Assembly (NCBI GenBank): GCA_963805305.1
Contig: CAWDTM010000008.1
Location: 628,620-692,619 of the forward strand
DNA from: an uncultured Chloroflexia bacterium
GTDB lineage: Bacteria; Chloroflexota; Limnocylindria; QHBO01
DNA length: 64,000 nucleotides
Reading direction: 5' to 3'
The position numbers were made by a program, and so were the translations under genes. Positions 57,973 to 64,000 of this stretch are shown piece by piece; the first letter of the stretch is position 1; the number at the start of each line of letters is the position of its first letter. The notes below the pieces were generated by a model. That model saw nothing but the letters and a program-made list of their open reading frames with translations, searched no databases and was not told the origin of the DNA.

Positions 57973-58644
57973 GTGCCACCCCTCATCGAGCTTCGCGGCG
58001 TGACCAAGCGCTACAACGGCTCCGCCCTTCCCGCACTGGACGAGGTGAACCTCGCGATGGAAGCCGGCACCACCACGGCGGTGCTGGGTCCGTCCGGCTG
58101 CGGCAAGTCGACCCTGCTCAACCTGATGGGCGCGCTCGACCGTCCCACCACCGGCGAGGTGACCCTGGACGGAACCCGGGTGGACCACCTCTCAGAGGCC
58201 GATGCCGCCCGCCTGCGCCGAACCCGGGTCGGCTTCATCTTCCAGTTCTTCCACCTGCTCGACGACCTGACCGTCCTCGACAACATCGCGGTGGGCGCTC
58301 AGCTGGCCGGGGTGCCGCGTCGGGACGCTGTGGAGCGTGCCGCGCTGCTCCTGGGGCAGCTGGGCCTGTCCGAGCGGGCTCGTCGCTTCCCCGCGACCCT
58401 CAGCGGCGGCGAACGCCAGCGGGTGGCCATTGGTCGCGCGGTGGTGAACCAGCCGGCCGTGCTGCTCGCCGATGAGCCGACGGGCGCCCTGGACAGCCAC
58501 AACGGGGCGACCGTCCTGGCCCTCCTGGACGACCTGCAGCGCCAGGGCCAGACCGTGGTCCTGGTGACGCACAGCGAGGAGCTGGCAGCCCACCACGCCC
58601 AGCGCATCGTCCGCATGATCGACGGCCGGATCGAGGCCGCCTGA
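57973..58644 (+). CDS. ABC transporter ATP-binding protein (MacB/LolD-like)
   Basis: Walker A GPSGCGKSTLL, signature LSGGERQRVAIGRA, Walker B LLADEPTGALD. GTG start. Confidence 0.85.
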   Translation: MPPLIELRGVTKRYNGSALPALDEVNLAMEAGTTTAVLGPSGCGKSTLLNLMGALDRPTTGEVTLDGTRVDHLSEADAARLRRTRVGFIFQFFHLLDDLTVLDNIAVGAQLAGVPRRDAVERAALLLGQLGLSERARRFPATLSGGERQRVAIGRAVVNQPAVLLADEPTGALDSHNGATVLALLDDLQRQGQTVVLVTHSEELAAHHAQRIVRMIDGRIEAA

Positions 58645-61055
58645 TGGGGGCGCTGCGGACGACCCTGGGCGCCCACCTGCGACATCGGCGACTGCAGGCG
58701 CTCGTCATCGGCCTGGTGCTCTTCCTGTCCACCGCCTCAGCCGCGCTCGCGCTCAACGACGCACTCGAGGCCCAGGCACCGTTCCAGCACGCCTTCGCGC
58801 AGGCCAACGGCGCACACCTGGTCATCGACTACGAGACCTCCGTCAGCGACGCCCAGCTGCAGGCCACGACGAGCACCGGCGGCGTCACCGCCAGCGCCGG
58901 ACCGTGGTTGACCGCCCCGGCGGCACTCACCATCCAGGGGCGATCCGACGGCCCGGACGGGGGCAAGTTCCTCGAGTTCGGGATGATTGCCGACCGCCAG
59001 GACCCCGCGGCCGGGGTCGACCGCATGACCCTCAGCGCCGGGCGCTGGTGGCGCACACCTGGCGAGGTGGTCGTGTCCCAGTCGTGGGCCGAGCGACACG
59101 ATGCGCGCGTTGGCGACAGCGTGGCGGTCCAGGAGGTCATCGCGGCGAAGGGAGGAGGGGGCGGGGGCGCGGTGAAGGTGGCTCCCGGACCGGCACAGCT
59201 CCAGGGCCAGGACCTGAGAAGCACGACGCTGGTGATCGTGGGGATCGCCGGCTCGGTCAGCACCCCGCAGATTGCAGCGTGGATGAGCCCTGCCGACCTG
59301 GAGGCGGTCAGCGCGCCGGTGGCCCGCTCGGCCCAGATGCTCTACCGCGTCACCCCGTCCGCGACCACCGCGGACCTGGCGACCGCGACGGCGGCCATCA
59401 CCGGCGCTCTGCCTGCCGGTGCCGTCGACACGGTGACCACCTATCTCTCACTGCAGCACGACGTGGACCGCACGGCCGCGGTCTTCATCCCCATCCTGCT
59501 CGCGTTCTCCCTCTTCGGACTGCTTGCCGCCGCGTTCCTGATCGCCAACGCGGTGAGCGGCATCGTCCTCGCCAGCTATCGCCAGATCGGGATCATGAAG
59601 TCGGTGGGCTACACGCCCTGGGGCATCACCGGCATCCTGCTGGGCGAGATCCTGCTGCCCGCGGCGGTCGGGACCGTCGCCGGCGTGATCGCCGGGACCA
59701 TCGCCAGCCTCCCCATCCTGCGGAGCACGGCGCGCTCGTTCGGGCTGCCCGCCGCGACCAGCCTGTCGATCCCCCTCCTGGCGGGGCTCGCCGTGGCCAC
59801 GCTCGCCGTCGCCGGACTGGCGGCCCTGGGTCCGGCGGTGCGCGCCGGCCGGCTGAGCGCGGTCCAGGCCCTGACCCGCGGCAGCACGCCGTCACCCCGG
59901 CATCACTCCGGCTGGGCGGCCCGCCTGCCGCTGCCGCTGTCCGTGGTCCGCGGCATCACCGGCGCCACCGCGCATCCGGGACGGACGCTGATGACCTTCG
60001 GGGCACTGACCGTTGGCGTGGCCGCGGTGGTCTTCGCCGTGGGCCTGCAGTCCTCGCTGCGCCTGGTGGCCAGGGACCTCATCCGCGATCAGGCCAGCCC
60101 GGTGCGTATCGAGCTCCGGGGCCCCGCATCCGGCGCCGCCTCGATCACGACGGCGATCCGGAACGCGCCAAGCACCGGGCACTGGGTCGCGGTCGGGACG
60201 GAGCAGGTCTCCATCCCCCAGCTGGGTCGCGTCACGTATGCCGCGTACGAGGGCGACACGACCTGGATGGGATACCAGCTCATCAGCGGTCGATGGTTCT
60301 CGGCACCCGGCGAGGTCGTGGCTCCGGCGAACCTCTTCCGCGCGTCCGGCCTGGCGGTGGGCGATCGAACGACCATCAGCGAGAACGGCAGATCGGTGAC
60401 CGTCACCCTCGTCGGCGAGATCTTCGACCAGGGCGACGACAGCCAGGACGGACTCGTCCTGCGCGGGAGCTGGGACGACCTGCTGGCGCTGGATCCGGGG
60501 CTCACGCCGGACCGATGGGAGGTCCGCCCCGCGGCCGGCGTCAGCGGCAGCGAGTACCTCACCGCGCTGGCGTTTCCCGTCAGCGAAGTCGACGCCGGAA
60601 CGGTGAGCAACTCGGACGCCAACAGGACGTTCCTGCTGTTCGAGGGTGCGGCATGGCTGATCGCCGTCGTGCTGGTTGCCGTCTCGATCGGCGGGGTCTT
60701 CATCACGGTCCTGCTGGAGACGCGCCATCGCGCCCGCGAGATCGCCGTGCTCAAGACGCTCGGGATGACGCCACGCCAGACCATGGCCACCGTGATCGCC
60801 GCCGTGCTCCCGGCCGGCCTCGCCGCCGGCGCCGTGGGGGTTCCCGTCGGCCTCGCCTGCCAGCGGGTCGTGATCGGCTTCATGGCCGATGCCGCCGGCC
60901 ACCTGGGCGTTCCGGAGAGCGTCTTCGCGGTCTTCGGGCCGCTGACCCTGCTGGGCCTCGGTGTGGTGGGGCTGCTCATCGGCGTCGCGGGGTCCCTGGT
61001 GCCGGCCCGCCGTGCGGCTGCGTCGCGGATTGCACCCGTCCTGCAGGCCGAATAG
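58644..61055 (+). CDS. ABC transporter permease, FtsX-like (duplicated 4+4 TM with large extracytoplasmic domains)
   Basis: 803 aa with two FtsX-type TM bundles (…IGIMKSVGYTPWGI…; …LKTLGMTPRQT…). ATG overlaps the ATPase stop. Confidence 0.8.
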   Translation: MGALRTTLGAHLRHRRLQALVIGLVLFLSTASAALALNDALEAQAPFQHAFAQANGAHLVIDYETSVSDAQLQATTSTGGVTASAGPWLTAPAALTIQGRSDGPDGGKFLEFGMIADRQDPAAGVDRMTLSAGRWWRTPGEVVVSQSWAERHDARVGDSVAVQEVIAAKGGGGGGAVKVAPGPAQLQGQDLRSTTLVIVGIAGSVSTPQIAAWMSPADLEAVSAPVARSAQMLYRVTPSATTADLATATAAITGALPAGAVDTVTTYLSLQHDVDRTAAVFIPILLAFSLFGLLAAAFLIANAVSGIVLASYRQIGIMKSVGYTPWGITGILLGEILLPAAVGTVAGVIAGTIASLPILRSTARSFGLPAATSLSIPLLAGLAVATLAVAGLAALGPAVRAGRLSAVQALTRGSTPSPRHHSGWAARLPLPLSVVRGITGATAHPGRTLMTFGALTVGVAAVVFAVGLQSSLRLVARDLIRDQASPVRIELRGPASGAASITTAIRNAPSTGHWVAVGTEQVSIPQLGRVTYAAYEGDTTWMGYQLISGRWFSAPGEVVAPANLFRASGLAVGDRTTISENGRSVTVTLVGEIFDQGDDSQDGLVLRGSWDDLLALDPGLTPDRWEVRPAAGVSGSEYLTALAFPVSEVDAGTVSNSDANRTFLLFEGAAWLIAVVLVAVSIGGVFITVLLETRHRAREIAVLKTLGMTPRQTMATVIAAVLPAGLAAGAVGVPVGLACQRVVIGFMADAAGHLGVPESVFAVFGPLTLLGLGVVGLLIGVAGSLVPARRAAASRIAPVLQAE

Positions 61056-61194
61056 CGTGTGCGACGGTGGGTGCGGGGTCCACATGGAGTATGCTTGATG
61101 CCTGCCGTCTCCGGCAGACTCGCTTGGTCGATGGGTTCTTCTCGAACCGGCCGCGCGCCGTTGTTTCGTTCGAGAAGAGACCAGAGGAACCATC

Positions 61195-61398
61195 ATGACC
61201 AGCGGTACCGTCAAGAAGCTCATCAGTGAGCGCGGCTTCGGCTTCATCACCGCCGAGGACGGCAAGGACTACTTCTTCCACAAGGACGGCCTGTCGAGCT
61301 CGCTCGATTTCGACCGCCTCGTGGGCGGCGAGGCCGTGACCTTCGAGGTCGAGGCAGGCCCCAAGGGCCCGCGCGCCATCCAGGTCCAGTCCGCCTAG
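61195..61398 (+). CDS. cspA: cold-shock protein (CspA family)
   Basis: MTSGTVKKLISERGFGFITAEDGKDYFFHKDGL: RNP1/RNP2 motifs. Long 5' UTR region upstream. Confidence 0.9.
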   Translation: MTSGTVKKLISERGFGFITAEDGKDYFFHKDGLSSSLDFDRLVGGEAVTFEVEAGPKGPRAIQVQSA

Positions 61399-61452
61399 TC
61401 CAACCGGTCACGGTGGCCGGTCGCATGGCCGGCCACCGCGGCTTCATCTCCC

Positions 61453-61677
61453 ATGACCGATGAGTCCCGCCTGCGCAAGGTCCTGCGCCTGCGCGGGTTA
61501 TGGCGCAGGGGATCCGAGCAGGCTCCCGACGCGCATCGGTCCACAGAGGATCAGGCGGCGCACCGCCGCTCGGATGCCCTCGACTCCAACGATCGGATTC
61601 GCGCCGAGGCTCCCAACGACCTCGAGACGCGCCGCCGCGCCGACCAGCTCGAGCGCGAGATCAAGCGCACCCACTGA
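61453..61677 (+). CDS. hypothetical small basic protein
   Basis: 74-aa ORF only. Low-complexity Arg/Asp-rich. Confidence 0.25.
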   Translation: MTDESRLRKVLRLRGLWRRGSEQAPDAHRSTEDQAAHRRSDALDSNDRIRAEAPNDLETRRRADQLEREIKRTH

Positions 61678-61743
61678 CCGCACCCCCCGCCCGGTAACCA
61701 GGTGACCACCGCGACCGCCGGCGAGTCGCTCCGGACCCCTCCG

Positions 61744-61761
61744 CGGTCGCCCGGGTAAGCC
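61744..61761 (+). repeat. dispersed repeat copy (CGGTCGCCCGGGTAAGCC)
   Basis: In-frame GRPGKPVTATTGEGPRAPAAHRANGRMGNRA*. Confidence 0.45.
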
Positions 61762-61815
61762 CGTTACCGCGACGACCGGCGAAGGACCCCGCGCGCCCGC
61801 CGCGCATCGCGCCAA

Positions 61816-61836
61816 CGGTCGTATGGGTAATCGAGC
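61816..61836 (+). repeat. dispersed repeat copy (CGGTCGTATGGGTAATCGAGC)
   Basis: Identical core to 63097-63116. Confidence 0.5.
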
Positions 61837-61852
61837 ATAGGGAAGGTCCCGG

Positions 61853-62575
61853 TCAGGACTCGCCGGAGAGGTCCCGGTCCTCCATCTCCCAGGCATGGTC
61901 GAGCACGTGGTACGCGGCGTGGCGGATCACGAACTGGACGGTCCAGTTCCGCGCCGCAACGCCATGCGCGTTGGCCTCGCGGATCGCGGCGCAGAACGCA
62001 TCGCGGTACGCGCGCAGGGCAACGGGATCTCGCTGCGCTTCGATGGGCGTGTCAAGGCCCACCTTCCGCGCGAAGTCGCTGATCTCCACGTTGTTCACGT
62101 GCTCCACGATCCGGTCGCGGTCTCGCCCACCACCCCGCGGCCCCTTGCGCAGCACCGCGGACACCCGCGAGGCAACGTCGTCGAAGTAGGTCCAGCTCGC
62201 TCGCAGCAGGGCAATCTTGCGGTCGCAGGCCGCCTCGCTGATCTGCTCCTGCTCGGGTCCGGCTGGCCGCATGGAGAGCCCGTAGAAATCGGTCATGCCA
62301 ATCCCCTCGATGCGCTCGACCACCACCGGGTCGCCGATGTCGCCGAACTCCTTCGCGAGGCCGGCACGCTCCGCGACCCCGGCGTACCGCGGGCCATACC
62401 GGGAGAGCACCTCGATGGCATCGTCTTCCGAGCGCCCGCTCCGCTCCCAGCCCGGCCAGTCGAAGGCCACGGCCACGGCGACGGGCTTCTTCCTGCCCCG
62501 CTCGATCATCACGCGGATGGGGTCGCTCACGCGCACATGGTCGCACACGAGGGATGCTCGTCCCGGCGCGACCAT
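61853..62575 (-). CDS. hypothetical protein (DinB/YfiT-like helical bundle, tentative)
   Basis: Start set at MVAPGRASLV. The sequence upstream within the ORF is low-complexity Asp/Gly-rich. Confidence 0.4.
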   Translation of the reverse strand: MVAPGRASLVCDHVRVSDPIRVMIERGRKKPVAVAVAFDWPGWERSGRSEDDAIEVLSRYGPRYAGVAERAGLAKEFGDIGDPVVVERIEGIGMTDFYGLSMRPAGPEQEQISEAACDRKIALLRASWTYFDDVASRVSAVLRKGPRGGGRDRDRIVEHVNNVEISDFARKVGLDTPIEAQRDPVALRAYRDAFCAAIREANAHGVAARNWTVQFVIRHAAYHVLDHAWEMEDRDLSGES

Positions 62576-62629
62576 CGGCTGCGGTCCGCCCGGCACTGGA
62601 CCTGGGGCCGCCCAATGGGCTCTACTACG

Positions 62630-62992
62630 CCGATGGCGACTGCCAACCTTGCCCTGCGCTTCCTGCTGGAGCTCGCAGGATTCGCCGGCGCCGGCTACGC
62701 CGTCTACGAGGTGACCAGTGGCGTCCCCTCCATTCCGCGCTGGATCCTGGCCATCGGCGGTGGGCTGGCGGTCATCGGCCTGTGGGGATTCGTCGTGGCT
62801 CCACGAAGGCAGAACGGGCTCTCGCAGGCGCGGAAGGACGTCATTGGCACGGTCATCCTGCTGGTCATTGCCGGTGTCGTCTGGGTGGCCGGCCAACCGG
62901 GACTGGGCATCGGGTTTGGCGTCCTGCTGATCGTCAACTCGCTGCTGCTCTTCGTGTTCGGCCAGGACGCCCGCGAGCGGTTCGAGGCATGA
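62630..62992 (+). CDS. small integral membrane protein (YrdB/DUF2568-like)
   Basis: MATANLALRFLLELAGFAGAGYAV... with three to four TM helices. ~120 aa. Confidence 0.45.
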   Translation, partial: PMATANLALRFLLELAGFAGAGYAVYEVTSGVPSIPRWILAIGGGLAVIGLWGFVVAPRRQNGLSQARKDVIGTVILLVIAGVVWVAGQPGLGIGFGVLLIVNSLLLFVFGQDARERFEA

Positions 62993-63096
62993 CCAGGGGG
63001 CGGATCCCCGTCCAGCGACCAGCCAACGGTCAGGACCCGGCGCCGGTAATCAGCGGACCACAACGACCGCCGTGCAGCGACGCCCGGCTCGCTCCG

Positions 63097-63116
63097 CGGT
63101 CGTATGGGTAACCGCC
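63097..63116 (+). repeat. dispersed repeat copy (CGGTCGTATGGGTAACCGCC)
   Basis: Contains the ATG of the 62-aa ORF 63104..63292 (MGNRPTRTTDERPESPAAHGINGRLGNPVTT...). Confidence 0.5.
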
Positions 63117-63168
63117 CTACCCGGACGACGGACGAACGCCCCGAATCGCCGGCCGCGCACGGCATCAA

Positions 63169-63193
63169 CGGTCGTTTGGGCAACCCGGTTACC
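63169..63193 (+). repeat. dispersed repeat copy (CGGTCGTTTGGGCAACCCGGTTACC)
   Basis: Second copy, 72 nt downstream, in the same frame (INGRLGNPVTT). Confidence 0.5.
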
Positions 63194-63290
63194 ACCCGCG
63201 GGCGAACTCGCGGCCCGTTGGCGGTTCCGGAGCGACGCGCTACGCTCTGCACGGTTATCGGATCACCCCACGAAACTCGGAGAGATGCCT

Positions 63291-63483
63291 GATGAAGTGG
63301 TCGACCCTGGCCGTCGCGGCAGCGGTGGTCCTGCTGCTGCTGGCTGACTTCCTGGCCTTCCACGACCTGTTCGAGCCGCACACCGTCCGCGACTGGCTGA
63401 TGCTGGCGGGCTCGCTGCTCGCGATCGTGGGCCTGGTCGGCGCGTCCATGGACGGGTTGCGTAGCACCGCGCGCGGCGCCTGA
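63291..63483 (+). CDS. small two-TM membrane protein (hypothetical)
   Basis: MKWSTLAVAAAVVLLLLADFLAF...LMLAGSLLAIVGLVGA. 63 aa. Confidence 0.35.
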
Positions 63484-63502
63484 CCGGCAGGCGGAGCTGC
63501 CC

Positions 63503-63886
63503 GTGCCACGCGATCCCAACGTTCCCGACGCGTTCGACGTCTGCACCATGGTCCTGCTGCGCAGCGCCCCGGATGCGCCAGCCTTGACCGATGCCGAGCT
63601 CAGCGAGCTGCAGGCGCGCCACCTCGCCTATCGCGCCGAACTGGGCCGGCGGGGCGTCCTGGTCGTCAACGGACCGCTCGCCGAGCAGTCGGACCCGCGG
63701 ATGCGCGGCCTCTCCATCTTCGCCTGCGACCTGGCGGAGGCGGCACGCCTCAGTGATGGGGATCCATCGGTTCAGGCCGGTCGCCTGACGTATGAGCTGT
63801 TCGAGTGGTGGATGGGGGCGGGCTCGCTCGCCTTCCCGCGCGCCTCCGGTCCTGTGGGCGAACGGCGGTCCTTGCCGGAGGACTGA
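63503..63886 (+). CDS. YciI-like (Dabb/DGPF) family protein
   Basis: MVLLRSAP...LSELQARHLAYRAELGRRGVLVVNGPL, typical of YciI-like proteins. Confidence 0.5.
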   Translation: MPRDPNVPDAFDVCTMVLLRSAPDAPALTDAELSELQARHLAYRAELGRRGVLVVNGPLAEQSDPRMRGLSIFACDLAEAARLSDGDPSVQAGRLTYELFEWWMGAGSLAFPRASGPVGERRSLPED

Positions 63887-63928
63887 GCGCCCCGGCGCCC
63901 CGATGGCGGTGTGGCCACCGGGTTCGTG

Positions 63929-64000
63929 TCAGAAGACCACGAACCGCCCCATCACCCCGAAGGCGCTCAGCAGGCCGATAGCCACCAGCGCCACCACCGC
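63929..64000 (-). CDS. C-terminal fragment of a membrane protein (partial; continues beyond the window end)
   Basis: Reverse frame reads ...AVVALVAIGLLSAFGVMGRFVVF*. Confidence 0.25.
   Translation of the reverse strand, partial: AVVALVAIGLLSAFGVMGRFVVF

Overview
This is a ~70% GC bacterial chromosomal segment, probably a monoderm high-GC lineage such as Actinomycetota or Chloroflexota; the lineage guess is inference from gene content only. Gene density is high and no transposase, integrase, CRISPR array, rRNA or tRNA was recognised. From position 1 to ~9.3 kb every gene is on the minus strand: DagK-family lipid kinase, a PRC-barrel protein, a DUF protein, paaABCD (phenylacetyl-CoA epoxidase, no paaE), a lipoprotein, a heliorhodopsin, thrS, a VOC protein, then infC-rpmI-rplT. 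The remainder is accessory and signalling-rich. It carries five class III nucleotidyl cyclases with different sensory fusions: a dual-cyclase STAND/TPR protein, a ferredoxin-cyclase fusion next to a STAND-LuxR regulator, a receiver-cyclase fed by a ~2130-aa multi-GAF hybrid histidine kinase through an Hpt protein, and a membrane cyclase. It also carries a TetR-controlled fadN-fadA-fadE-fadD beta-oxidation operon, a TipA-like MerR regulator with a textbook 19-bp-spacer promoter next to an MFS efflux pump, a CcdA-thioredoxin fusion preceded by a Met-rich repeat lipoprotein, a NarL-type two-component system divergent from an ABC/FtsX transporter, cspA, and secreted PKD/DUF11 proteins. The most unusual sequence-level signal is a dispersed family of short intergenic repeats with core CGGTCGTNTGGGTAAY, at least 13 copies in about nine intergenic regions. 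In-frame these read as a G-R-x-G-N peptide. They flank two paralogous XRE-family genes, a methyltransferase gene and the membrane cyclase gene; around the cyclase they occur in inverted orientation. Many long ORFs on the opposite strand are high-GC artefacts and were not called.
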